Of a DNA stretch of 45,557 bases, positions 1 through 7,659 are shown piece by piece (the stretch's first letter is position 1; every line of letters begins with the position of its first letter). Source of the stretch: a virus. Made by a program: the position numbers and the translations under genes. Location of the stretch: IMG/VR virus record IMGVR_UViG_3300009609_000013; one strand, written 5' to 3'. A model generated the notes under the pieces. That model ran no database searches. It was not told where the DNA came from and saw nothing but the letters and a program-made list of their open reading frames with translations.

Positions 1-123
1 AATTTTCTAGGGCATGACATGTATACTGATAACTTTGACGGATCAATTACGCTCCAAGTATCCTGCTCAGGCAGAATATCTAACAACTTCATTTCTTAGT
101 CCTCTTAGTATATCTTCCACGCT
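1..123. repeat. terminal direct repeat copy 1 (identical to 45435-45557); circular-closure overlap
   Basis: Bases 1-123 (aattttctagggcatgacatg...agtatatcttccacgct) recur exactly at 45435-45557. The repeat lies inside coding sequence (5' end of the exonuclease gene, stop of the HNH gene). It therefore marks closure of a 45,434-bp unit rather than extra genes. Confidence 0.95.
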
Positions 124-535
124 TTGAGCTATTTAGTGCTCTTCCGACTGATGCCACTCCTACATTAAATAGCTGTGATACTTGCTTCTGTGTGAGTCCG
201 ATTTCTACGTGAGCATAGCGTGCCATTTCAAACTTGTTTCCATCGAGCGCTCTTTCTTGCTTCATTTGGCCTCTTCTATAAGCATCCTTCGCATTATCAG
301 ACTTGGTTCCTAGATATAAATGCTGTGGCCGAATACAGTGGAATATATCGCACTTATGTAGCACTAACATTCCTGCCGTAATAGGACCGTAATGTATTAG
401 CCAAGATGCTACGTGGCCATGTACGTTCCTAAAAGAAGGATATAATCCACCTCCTATCATCAACCAACACGTGCTAGTTTTTACTATCCGCTCTAAGAAT
501 TCCTGTTCTACATCAGGCTCATGCATCACTAGCAT
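89..535 (-). CDS. HNH endonuclease with C-terminal HTH-like tail
   Basis: ORF contains CWLMIGG...HGHVASWLIHYGPITAGMLVLHKCDIFHCIRPQHLYLGTKSDNAKDA (HNH pattern). Start placed at ATG 535 (MLVMHEP) because the 649 start would overlap the upstream ORF by 89 nt. Its TGA overlaps the ATG of the exonuclease gene (ATGA) across the genome junction. Confidence 0.8.
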   Translation of the reverse strand: MLVMHEPDVEQEFLERIVKTSTCWLMIGGGLYPSFRNVHGHVASWLIHYGPITAGMLVLHKCDIFHCIRPQHLYLGTKSDNAKDAYRRGQMKQERALDGNKFEMARYAHVEIGLTQKQVSQLFNVGVASVGRALNSSKRGRYTKRTKK

Positions 536-560
536 AAATCGCTGGATTCTAACCTGATTA

Positions 561-911
561 TTATTGTAGTACTCTGTCAACTTCTTTCTCCACTTGTAGT
601 ATTGAGTCCAACAACACGCTTCGTTTGATATACTTGTCACTTGCAGCATCGAACAGCAACAAATTTAAGCGTTTGTGTTTCATTGCGAAAATCACGCATG
701 CTATTGAGCACATCACTGATAGTCCAGTTATAACGATAAAGTCATCCTCCTTACTGTCTGCCATTTTAGGTATGAATTGCCGCAGTATATTACTGACAGC
801 TGATCTGTTAACTGGCTCATCAGATAGGAATATCAGCTTGCCATGTTGTTCGGCTGCAGCAAAATCGTGGAATCCTTTAGCCACGATATACACTTTCTTG
901 TTGTCACTCAT
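561..911 (-). CDS. hypothetical protein
   Basis: 116-aa ORF with AAGGAG 7 nt upstream of ATG 911, co-directional and tightly packed. No motif I can assign. Confidence 0.7.
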   Translation of the reverse strand: MSDNKKVYIVAKGFHDFAAAEQHGKLIFLSDEPVNRSAVSNILRQFIPKMADSKEDDFIVITGLSVMCSIACVIFAMKHKRLNLLLFDAASDKYIKRSVLLDSILQVEKEVDRVLQ

Positions 912-920
912 TTATTCTCC

Positions 921-1274
921 TTAGTGGTACCACTTCAGTAATAGTTCCTGCTCATTAGGCCAGTAGAATACGGGCTTATTTGAGCGAGCAAAAAAGTGAT
1001 ATTCTTCAGTTGCTCCTTTACTTTGTTCCCAATTAGGAAGCATAAATACTGCAGTACACACCTCTGCAATACGTAAGTCCATATTGTAGAAGAATTCTAC
1101 AGGTACGTCTGGTGCCAAGTCGTCAAAATACGCGCTGTTCATGTGAGGACAGAAATAGTATATACCATTACGTGCACACCATACAGCTGCGTTTATTGCT
1201 GCTTCGATGTTAGAACGCTTCTGTTTACTGTCGGCAGAAGAGTATGGACCAGCAATATACAGTAATCTAGACAA
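921..1274 (-). CDS. nucleoside 2-deoxyribosyltransferase-like (DUF4406-like) protein
   Basis: LYIAGPYSS...AAVWCARNGIYYFCPH...DLRIAEVCTAVFMLPNWEQSKGATEEY matches the IAGP...CD..(M)L.GWE.S.GA..E pattern of that family. TTG start with AGGAAG upstream. Confidence 0.7.
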   Translation of the reverse strand: MSRLLYIAGPYSSADSKQKRSNIEAAINAAVWCARNGIYYFCPHMNSAYFDDLAPDVPVEFFYNMDLRIAEVCTAVFMLPNWEQSKGATEEYHFFARSNKPVFYWPNEQELLLKWYH

Positions 1275-1323
1275 AATATCTTCCTAAGTGTGACTGCCGG
1301 ACCATTGAGCATCCGGCAGATCA

Positions 1324-1346
1324 CTTTGGTTAAAGTTTAACCGCAG
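1324..1346. promoter_or_regulatory. palindromic motif copy M1 (ctttGGTTAAAGTTTAACCgcag)
   Basis: Core is a 15-bp perfect palindrome with extended imperfect symmetry. Intergenic. One of 12 copies. Confidence 0.8.
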
Positions 1347-1357
1347 CAATTATGTTG

Positions 1358-1915
1358 CTAGCGATTACGCCGTCCGCGTCCTTCTGCAGGATTATAGTCA
1401 TGCGCTGGAGTCTCAGTTGAGGCAGCAGCTTCAACAGTCTGCGTCGTTGACTCTTGAGTATCACCATTTACTCCTTCAGTGATCGCGGCAATCTCTTCTG
1501 CTGTAGGCTCAGGAGTTCCATTCTCAACTGGAGCAGCAGCTGCTGGCTCGCCACGCTTTGCGAATCGCTCCTGAATAAGCCGTAGGATTTCTTCCTGGCG
1601 TTCAGGAGTCCAATCATCGAAGTTCTCACTAATAACTTTCATCGGATCAACTGTCTTAATAGAAGAAGTCAAACGCACAGAAACGCCGGGCTTCCAGTTG
1701 CTCATTTCTATCTGAATACGCTCAGGTGTTAGGCCAGCTGCTAGCATCTTGCGTGCATTTGCTTGAGCAGCAATTGTAAGTGCACGCTTGAAGAGTTCAT
1801 GTACGTCATCCTCACCGTACGTTTTCACCGCTTCTGGAAGCGTCTCAGAGAAATCGTAGGAGAATTCTATCTCTGGCTTGCCCTGTGTCTTTACGCTAAT
1901 TTGCTCGGATTTCAT
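1358..1915 (-). CDS. hypothetical protein (acidic, Ala/Pro/Glu-rich C-terminus)
   Basis: 185-aa ORF, first gene downstream of the consensus promoter at 2007-2035. Confidence 0.7.
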   Translation of the reverse strand: MKSEQISVKTQGKPEIEFSYDFSETLPEAVKTYGEDDVHELFKRALTIAAQANARKMLAAGLTPERIQIEMSNWKPGVSVRLTSSIKTVDPMKVISENFDDWTPERQEEILRLIQERFAKRGEPAAAAPVENGTPEPTAEEIAAITEGVNGDTQESTTQTVEAAASTETPAHDYNPAEGRGRRNR

Positions 1916-2006
1916 TGATTACCTTTCGTGTGATACGTTAAATGAGATAAGTTCGTGCAGCCCTTTCAGAAATTAAGTTTTCGTTCCCACCTCCAATCAT
2001 ACAGAG

Positions 2007-2035
2007 ATTATAACACACTTTAATCCGTTTGTCAA
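2007..2035 (-). promoter_or_regulatory. sigma70 consensus promoter (TTGACA-N17-TGtTATAAT)
   Basis: Minus strand reads cTTGACAaacggattaaagtgtgtTATAATctc. -35 is 2030-2035 and -10 is 2007-2012, with an extended TG. Confidence 0.8.
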
Positions 2036-2071
2036 GCCCTTTTTTCACTGCTTTTGCATTTTAAGGCTGAT

Positions 2072-2812
2072 TCAAGACCTTTCTATATTAGCACTAAGCA
2101 GCTTCAGCAATTCGCGTAATTCTTCAGGCGGTGCATCAGCTTGCGCCCTTATAACTAATTGTTGTGCGATGCGTATAAATACGGTTCGTAAATTAGTGGA
2201 CCATTGTTGCTTTGTTGCATCATGCAACAAAGGGTTTGGTTTATCAGTTTTACCTCCAGACTTCACATAAGCAGTCCACTCATCACGCGTTAAATTTTGA
2301 GGAGAGGTTGGCACGAACGGAGGTTGCTTTACAGCATTAATATCCCTATGTAACGTACTACGATGTACACCAAGTAGTTTAGCGGTATCACTAACGGACT
2401 GGCCAGGTGCAGTTGGACTTTTGGCTATTTTTGGACCGTGTATTTCGACCAGTGTTTTATGCAACTGTGCACGTAAGTACGATTCCTCGTCCTTGGTCAA
2501 ATCTTTCCTGTCTAAATTCTCGTGCAATTCTATAGCTTTCAATTCGTGCTCAGTCATTAACGTGTTATAAATACGGCATGAGATTTCTGTCCACTTTAGC
2601 ACATTAAGACACGCCTGGTGTCTCCTTGCTCCTGCAACTAACGTGTATGGTGCTTCTCCATTTGGAGAGTACAACACTATAGGATGAATCAAGCCTTGCT
2701 CATTGATTGAGTTGGCAAGATCACTTATTATTCCATAGCTCTGACGCGCACGCGTATCTAAGTCGCATACAATATCACTCATTTTTACTATACGTAATAG
2801 TCCTAAGTTCAT
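2072..2812 (-). CDS. ParB N-terminal-domain (ParB/Srx-like) protein with HTH
   Basis: GLIHPIVLYSP...YTLVAGARRHQAC (ParB GxxRxxA box) followed by an HTH (SVSDTAKLLGVHRSTLHRDI). Alignable by eye over ~160 aa with the N-terminus of the 40254-41603 product. Confidence 0.8.
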   Translation of the reverse strand: MNLGLLRIVKMSDIVCDLDTRARQSYGIISDLANSINEQGLIHPIVLYSPNGEAPYTLVAGARRHQACLNVLKWTEISCRIYNTLMTEHELKAIELHENLDRKDLTKDEESYLRAQLHKTLVEIHGPKIAKSPTAPGQSVSDTAKLLGVHRSTLHRDINAVKQPPFVPTSPQNLTRDEWTAYVKSGGKTDKPNPLLHDATKQQWSTNLRTVFIRIAQQLVIRAQADAPPEELRELLKLLSANIERS

Positions 2813-2824
2813 ATTATAACTCCT

Positions 2825-3241
2825 TCATTTGCCAAGCTTTCGTTTCAGCATTTCTAGCACTCGCTCTAAATCGTCATCATCAACTGCGTCGGCAAGATCA
2901 GCTGGATTATCAAAGTGCTTAGTAATAGGATTCTTTGCACGTGTTGTGCGAGCTTTCTTGTTCTCCTTGTCTTTGTATGGAGTTTTGTATTTGCGCACTT
3001 GCCATGTAAGTGATCCTGCGCTCACGAACTTTTGGTAGGCGTGCAATATAGCTACGTCATGTTTCTCCTTTAAGTGAGGTATATGACACGCTTGACAACG
3101 CACGACACCACAACAAGTTGTCAGATTAGTGCTGTTTGAGCACTTATGTCCACCTTTGGACTCGTACTGAATGATACGCAGCTCGTTAGGTGCTAGTGCC
3201 TTAAGCATGGAAGCCAAAGCTTCTTTTTGTTCGGGCGTCAT
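2825..3241 (-). CDS. Cys-rich (zinc-finger-like) basic protein
   Basis: 138-aa ORF with GGAG upstream. Contains HKCSNSTNLTTCCGVVRCQACHIPH. Confidence 0.65.
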   Translation of the reverse strand: MTPEQKEALASMLKALAPNELRIIQYESKGGHKCSNSTNLTTCCGVVRCQACHIPHLKEKHDVAILHAYQKFVSAGSLTWQVRKYKTPYKDKENKKARTTRAKNPITKHFDNPADLADAVDDDDLERVLEMLKRKLGK

Positions 3242-3293
3242 TTAAGTTATCTCCTTTCAGTTTCACCGAACCACGGCTATAGTAAGATTAAGC

Positions 3294-3500
3294 TCATTGA
3301 ATACGCTGTCTGCGCAAGTTCTCTAATTCCTTGAGTCCTTCCGGATGATCATTTAGTGCTTGATCATGCTTAATATCTCCTTGCCTTATACTGTCAGCTA
3401 TAGAGCGAAAGGCTAATCCTGCTTCAATACCACAGAATATTATCACTGCTGTAAGAGCAAGGTAAAATATCAGCTGAAACACATCAAGCAATCGTTGCAT
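3294..3500 (-). CDS. small membrane protein (one TM helix)
   Basis: 68-aa ORF with AAGGAG upstream. Hydrophobic segment IFYLALTAVIIFCGIEAGLAF. Confidence 0.6.
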   Translation of the reverse strand: MQRLLDVFQLIFYLALTAVIIFCGIEAGLAFRSIADSIRQGDIKHDQALNDHPEGLKELENLRRQRIQ

Positions 3501-3546
3501 GTGCTGTACTCCTTAAGGTAATAATCACTACTATCGGCGCGGCCCT

Positions 3547-3921
3547 TTAGTCAATAATTAGTTCATTGATAAGCTCATCTTCACGCATTGAATCTTCGTA
3601 CTCAAAGTCAGTTGTTTCACCACAGCTACAGGTTAAGCGAATTGTGCACTTAAATCCTACGTGCGTGGCTGAGCGTACAAACTCCTCGTTGATTACGTCA
3701 GCTTCAAGTTCGTGTTCTAGTGTCTCATCATGAGTATCAGTGAAGTCTGAGACATCTAGCGTAATTTCAAAATCGTGTTCACCAAGTTCCTCACCACAGT
3801 GCTGGCACATAAGTGTAAAGGTTATAACTCCTTCTATCATTGAGACATCACTGAAGTCTACTTCAGCACTGTAAAATTCACCGTGCAAAACTAAAGTTTC
3901 TTTGCAAAAGTGACACTTCAT
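3547..3921 (-). CDS. zinc-ribbon protein (three Cys pairs), acidic
   Basis: CHFC...CQHCGEE...CSCGE. AGGAG upstream of ATG 3921. Confidence 0.65.
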   Translation of the reverse strand: MKCHFCKETLVLHGEFYSAEVDFSDVSMIEGVITFTLMCQHCGEELGEHDFEITLDVSDFTDTHDETLEHELEADVINEEFVRSATHVGFKCTIRLTCSCGETTDFEYEDSMREDELINELIID

Positions 3922-4004
3922 TACGCATTCTCCTATAGTGTAATTCCTTACTAGTTCGCGGGCAGTCCGGCGAAGCCGGTATTAAACAAACAGTACATTT
4001 TATC

Positions 4005-4151
4005 TCAATCATTAAACTCCATTAATTTTAGTTGCATAAAACAGTCAGGACAACGCTTATTGACAGAAGCGTCTGAGCAATAGCAGTCAAATAACTCATG
4101 ACAATCCGGACATTCGTGAGCATGTGGCAGAAGGATATTAACTTCTTTCAT
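4005..4151 (-). CDS. small zinc-ribbon protein (48 aa, below the ORF-track cutoff)
   Basis: Hand translation: MKEVNILLPHAHECPDCHELFDCYCSDASVNKRCPDCFMQLKLMEFND. GAAGGAG lies 8 nt upstream. The ORF exactly fills the gap after the 4154 stop. Confidence 0.55.
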   Translation of the reverse strand: MKEVNILLPHAHECPDCHELFDCYCSDASVNKRCPDCFMQLKLMEFND

Positions 4152-4153
4152 TA

Positions 4154-4420
4154 CTAAACTCCTTCAGTTTTCATAAGGTTAAGTAAGCGTTGAACAGTAG
4201 TTATTACGTCATCTTTATGGTTGTACTTTAGAACTAGCTGAAATTCTTTGAGTTTGGATACAAGCTCATCACCTATCTTAGATGAGCCGTGAACGAACCA
4301 GTAACAATAATCCTCGAACATTAAGCTGGCATCAGTAGCAGTATCAAATGGACCTTCAGTACCAGAAGCATAATTATAAAAGTACCATTTACCATTCTCT
4401 TCGTATATAAGATCAACCAT
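4154..4420 (-). CDS. hypothetical protein
   Basis: 88-aa ORF with GGAGG upstream, first gene after the promoter at 4476-4504. Confidence 0.65.
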   Translation of the reverse strand: MVDLIYEENGKWYFYNYASGTEGPFDTATDASLMFEDYCYWFVHGSSKIGDELVSKLKEFQLVLKYNHKDDVITTVQRLLNLMKTEGV

Positions 4421-4475
4421 TACTAAATTCCTCCAGTTAAAATTGTTCAGTTAACGCTGAATTTGATTATACTTA

Positions 4476-4504
4476 ATTATAGCAGAGATCAGATCAAATG
4501 TCAA
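4476..4504 (-). promoter_or_regulatory. sigma70 consensus promoter (TTGACA-N17-TGcTATAAT)
   Basis: Minus strand reads acTTGACAtttgatctgatctctgcTATAATtaag. Confidence 0.8.
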
Positions 4505-4523
4505 GTACTTAATAAAGATTAAG

Positions 4524-4757
4524 TTATTTCCATACTCTCCATAAAGTGGACATAATTAGAGTAATAATAACTCCTCCAAACACACGCACTTCAGTAAGTA
4601 CGTGATCTATCTTACGCTCCAAATTATCAAGCTTATGTTCTACGTTAGAAATGCGGTCATTGTAACTAGCTATAGATATAGAAGCTTTGCGAGCTTTCTC
4701 TTCGCTAGCACCAGCTTCAATTAAAGCATCATAAACTTCAGCGATCATTAGCTGCAT
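4524..4757 (-). CDS. coiled-coil protein with C-terminal membrane anchor (DUF1640-like)
   Basis: YDALIEAGASEEKARKAS...coiled coil...VFGGVIITLIMSTLW. AAGGAG upstream. Confidence 0.6.
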   Translation of the reverse strand: MQLMIAEVYDALIEAGASEEKARKASISIASYNDRISNVEHKLDNLERKIDHVLTEVRVFGGVIITLIMSTLWRVWK

Positions 4758-4771
4758 TTAAGTTCTCCTTT

Positions 4772-4985
4772 GGCCTAAGCAAGATTGTCTCCCTTTGGGC
4801 AATGAGAGCTTAATTGCTTTATGGGCTTACTTGTAAAGGGACGCTTCGCTTGGCTCCTACGTCGCCACCCTTGACAAGCGCCCAGTCGCAATTCAGCAAA
4901 GAATTGCCCTTCGGGAGAAAATCTTGTCCGGCCTGGAAGCACCGGTAGAACAGCGGTACCCTAAGGGCTACGCGTTGCTCCGCCT
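4772..4985 (-). repeat. structured intergenic element, copy A
   Basis: Closing helix is 4913-4934 paired with 4772-4793. The central hairpin contains a 57-nt block (4825-4881) that is the exact reverse complement of 18005-18061. Limits are approximate. Confidence 0.75.
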
Positions 4986-5296
4986 ATCTGCTTTATAACA
5001 CCCTCATTGTGAGAAGCATTTTTAGCTGTTACTTTATCATCGTAAGCCATACGTTTACGCACTATTTGTGCCTTCCACATACTAGCCTCTAACAATAGAC
5101 TCTTTGTGTGGCTTGCATCGGGAGGTATTCTATTAGGGTAGTGGTCCCTCCTGGCTCGTAAGTACGATCCTAATATACGTGCATCTTCGAGGCATTCACA
5201 CACGTATATTATGGAACTTCCTATGCAACTGGAATCTTCACTGCTCATTATTGAGCATCCACCCAGTTTGGGCATTACGTGAATATAAGCTGGCAT
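4961..5296 (-). CDS. hypothetical protein
   Basis: 111-aa ORF preceded by palindrome M2 and GGAG (aaccGGAGcaatatATG). Its last ~25 nt run into element A. No recognisable domain. Confidence 0.5.
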   Translation of the reverse strand: MPAYIHVMPKLGGCSIMSSEDSSCIGSSIIYVCECLEDARILGSYLRARRDHYPNRIPPDASHTKSLLLEASMWKAQIVRKRMAYDDKVTAKNASHNEGVIKQIGGATRSP

Positions 5297-5302
5297 ATAT
5301 TG

Positions 5303-5325
5303 CTCCGGTTATAATCTAACCATAG
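5303..5325. promoter_or_regulatory. palindromic motif copy M2 (ctccGGTTATAATCTAACCatag)
   Basis: Variant of the 12-copy palindrome, intergenic, immediately 5' of the SD of the 5296 gene. Confidence 0.7.
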
Positions 5326-5374
5326 CACATTAACTGTTGCTTATGGGCCGGTCTTAGCGTGTGCCACACGCAAA

Positions 5375-5710
5375 TTACTCTACTCTATTAATTGACTTCT
5401 CACTACTAAACTTATCTCCATAACGCTGCTGTAACTTAGCTAGATTACTCTCAGCTATATCTTCTAGCTCACATCCATAAGCTGTACATGCTTCTGCAAT
5501 ATACCATAGGATATCACCAAGCTCTTCTTGTAACTTAGCTATATTAAGTGAGTGTCCATGGTATAACCATTTCTTGATTAAATCAGCTAACTCTCCAGCC
5601 TCTCCATTCAGCCCGAGAACAGCCATCGTAATATGATTACGAAAGTTTTCCTGCGATGGCTTAATCGCACTCGTTTTGCAAGCACATTTCTGGTAGTCAT
5701 TCAAATTCAC
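5375..5710 (-). CDS. mazG: MazG-like nucleoside triphosphate pyrophosphohydrolase
   Basis: LGLNGEAGELADLIKK...EELGDILWYIAEAC...AESNLAKLQQRY is the typical MazG EExxE/D helix pair. Confidence 0.85.
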   Translation of the reverse strand: MNLNDYQKCACKTSAIKPSQENFRNHITMAVLGLNGEAGELADLIKKWLYHGHSLNIAKLQEELGDILWYIAEACTAYGCELEDIAESNLAKLQQRYGDKFSSEKSINRVE

Positions 5711-6123
5711 TTTTTGCCTCGCATATCTATTCCACTTAGACGTTTCAGCGGTTGACCACCGAATGGTTTATGCTCAATGGTGAATCCAGCTTGCTTCATT
5801 ATCTTAATTAGATCGCTGGCCCAAAAACGTGTTTGGTTGCCGAAGTCTTGCATACTAGTCATTACAAATGCTGCACCCTCAATGAGTTCTTTAGCACGCT
5901 CTGGGCCAAGCTCATCTTGCCTTGCTCGTAGACGAAAGCCTAATGGAGTATTCTTATCTTCAATGAAGGCATTCCATGTAGCTTGACCCTGATAGCCCCA
6001 AGCCCACTCGCTGCGATCTACGATATAAATGCCACCTGCTAGATCGAGGTAATCGAATAGGTACTTTGCACCTGAAAGTGCTTCACGCAGCTGTCGTGAT
6101 TCTATTTGTCTGTCGTTAAACAT
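5707..6123 (-). CDS. hypothetical protein
   Basis: 138-aa ORF with a 4-nt stop/start overlap with mazG. No motif recognised. Confidence 0.65.
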   Translation of the reverse strand: MFNDRQIESRQLREALSGAKYLFDYLDLAGGIYIVDRSEWAWGYQGQATWNAFIEDKNTPLGFRLRARQDELGPERAKELIEGAAFVMTSMQDFGNQTRFWASDLIKIMKQAGFTIEHKPFGGQPLKRLSGIDMRGKK

Positions 6124-6182
6124 TAGCTAGTCTCCTTGAGTGTGTATTCCTTGCGAGTCAAATAAATAGCCAAAGAACATGC

Positions 6183-6377
6183 TTAATCTCCAGACTCAGA
6201 TTTGCGGCGTAGGTAAGTAGTGTTTTCGTGTACTTTGTATGCCAGGTATAATGATACGAGCATCATTACGGACATTATGCACAGCATTCCAATGGCCACT
6301 TTGCCGAAGAATATATTAGTGCTTTGCATCTCTGCGAGTAGAAGTATCGTCTTTTCAAGTGTTGCGGATGAGTCCAA
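6183..6377 (-). CDS. small membrane protein (one TM helix)
   Basis: IFFGKVAIGMLCIMSVMMLVSLYLAY. TTG start; an internal ATG (MQSTN) is an alternative start. Confidence 0.5.
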   Translation of the reverse strand: MDSSATLEKTILLLAEMQSTNIFFGKVAIGMLCIMSVMMLVSLYLAYKVHENTTYLRRKSESGD

Positions 6378-6510
6378 AGTGCAATTCCTTTAGGTAATGG
6401 CGTGTAACTTTCCGTGTGACACACGGCCCGCGCTAGTAATTTATTGTTTACTTATGGGCCGGTCGGTTGCCCCCAACCGAACTTACATTTAATTTAGTTG
6501 TCCTTATCAG

Positions 6511-6723
6511 TTATTGAAGTGTTAGCTTAGTCTCCTCTAAGTTGTGTATCTTATAGTATAAGAACGCCCTCTTTAGCCACGCAATTAAAGCAGGCATTTT
6601 TTGTTGCTTGAATTTACGCAGTAATGGTGCAGTGTTCATTATTACTCCTCTACAATCAACTTGTACAAGACAAGCAAAGTTTTCAGTAACTATTTGGTAG
6701 TCAATTGGTAATTGCGTGTTCAT
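6511..6723 (-). CDS. hypothetical protein
   Basis: Start moved to ATG 6723 (MNTQLPIDYQ), which has AAAGGAGT directly upstream. The longer 6783 start would translate palindrome M3 (WLNFNQ). Confidence 0.55.
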   Translation of the reverse strand: MNTQLPIDYQIVTENFACLVQVDCRGVIMNTAPLLRKFKQQKMPALIAWLKRAFLYYKIHNLEETKLTLQ

Positions 6724-6727
6724 ACTC

Positions 6728-6750
6728 CTTTGGTTAAAGTTTAACCATAG
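6728..6750. promoter_or_regulatory. palindromic motif copy M3 (ctttGGTTAAAGTTTAACCatag)
   Basis: Same 15-bp core as M1 and M12. Intergenic. Confidence 0.8.
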
Positions 6751-6839
6751 GATTTGGTCTAAGTAGAGATTTGCCGTAGCCACGCAGGCAGCTTATGGAA
6801 CCGAGCTGGTTGTGTGGTAGGAATTTTCCCTGCTTTTGT

Positions 6840-6985
6840 GCCGGCCAAGTTTTTCTCCGAAGGAGGTAATCCCAAAGGATTTCGGAGAGAGGGTTCTGTC
6901 AAGGGTGCCTCCAGCGCTAGCGCCTTGACAGGTCCCTCTTGTAGAAATACCCTCACTTACCTCCAGAGGAGAATAACTTGCTGGC
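6840..6985 (+). repeat. structured intergenic element, copy B (antisense to flanking genes)
   Basis: 5' arm gccggccaagtttttctcc pairs with 3' arm ggagaataacttgctggc. Hairpin 6896-6931 is ctgtcaagggtgc...gcgccttgacag. Orientation is set by the asymmetric arm sequences. Confidence 0.7.
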
Positions 6986-6992
6986 ATTTAAA

Positions 6993-7190
6993 TCAACGTG
7001 CTTTATTTTGTTCAAGGAATGCTCTAACATTTGCATCCTTTATTATACTAGCTATTGTTTGCTCGACTTCAATTTGTTCTGCTAATTGCATCTCATGCAT
7101 TTCCTCCAGTGTTAGTGCTTGCTTAGGCTTGCTTTTTATAAGTGTTAGATTACGCTCTCCTTGTTCAGCTTTAAGTGCACGACTGCACAT
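6993..7190 (-). CDS. hypothetical protein
   Basis: 65-aa ORF, co-directional, with AAAGGA upstream. Confidence 0.55.
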   Translation of the reverse strand: MCSRALKAEQGERNLTLIKSKPKQALTLEEMHEMQLAEQIEVEQTIASIIKDANVRAFLEQNKAR

Positions 7191-7234
7191 TTAGGTAGTC
7201 CTTTTCACTTAGATTTGCTGTTTAGTATTGAGCG

Positions 7235-7495
7235 TTACAAATCTATGCTGCGAAGATTTCTTAGTTCTTCACTTAATTTTCTGTCGTCACGATGAATAGC
7301 GCTTGTTGCACTATTTAGTAATGCGTTTTGTTTTAGGTAGTGCACATATACGTGATGAATCTCTTCTAAAAATTCATCTAGAGGAATTGCAGATTCCTTT
7401 TTGAGTATATCTGCTAGAGATCGTAAGTCTCGTGCTAGCCTTGTGCGTACTAATGCACGTAAATCTAATAGGCGTTCGTCACCGCTGCGTTCCAC
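7235..7495 (-). CDS. hypothetical protein
   Basis: 86-aa ORF, GTG start with AGGAGG 8 nt upstream. N-terminus is paralogous to the 7497-7628 product. Confidence 0.65.
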   Translation of the reverse strand: MERSGDERLLDLRALVRTRLARDLRSLADILKKESAIPLDEFLEEIHHVYVHYLKQNALLNSATSAIHRDDRKLSEELRNLRSIDL

Positions 7496-7496
7496 G

Positions 7497-7628
7497 TTAG
7501 CGTACCTCCTGTAAGCAAAATTGCTGTCGAGGATTTGTACGTATACAAAGCGCTAGCTTTGCTTTGGCTAACGTAGTTGGCAATGCACGAAGGTCCAGCA
7601 GCCTTTCGTCATTGCTACGATTATTCAC
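7497..7628 (-). CDS. small protein (43 aa), paralogue of the N-terminus of the 7235-7495 product
   Basis: GTG start with the same CAGGAGGTA SD. NDERLLDLRAL aligns with GDERLLDLRAL, and 6 of the 9 codons encoding ERLLDLRAL differ only synonymously, which argues for coding selection. Confidence 0.5.
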   Translation of the reverse strand: MNNRSNDERLLDLRALPTTLAKAKLALCIRTNPRQQFCLQEVR

Positions 7629-7659
7629 AGCTTATTACCTCCTGAGTAGTATTTTGTAA

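Noticed and set aside
89-649. Long form of the HNH ORF starting at 649.
   Set aside because: It would overlap the 561-911 gene by 89 nt. The HNH-family N-terminus begins near the internal ATG at 535.
4961-4985. Overlap of the 3' end of ORF 4961-5296 with element A as evidence that the ORF is spurious.
   Set aside because: The ORF has the palindrome + GGAG + ATG arrangement seen for real genes, and only its last ~8 codons enter the element. I kept it at reduced confidence.
6759-7194. ORFs 6759-6956(-), 6793-6987(-) and 6814-7194(+).
   Set aside because: All three run through structured element B and owe their length to its GC-rich stop-poor sequence. They are mutually overlapping in three frames and have no SD.
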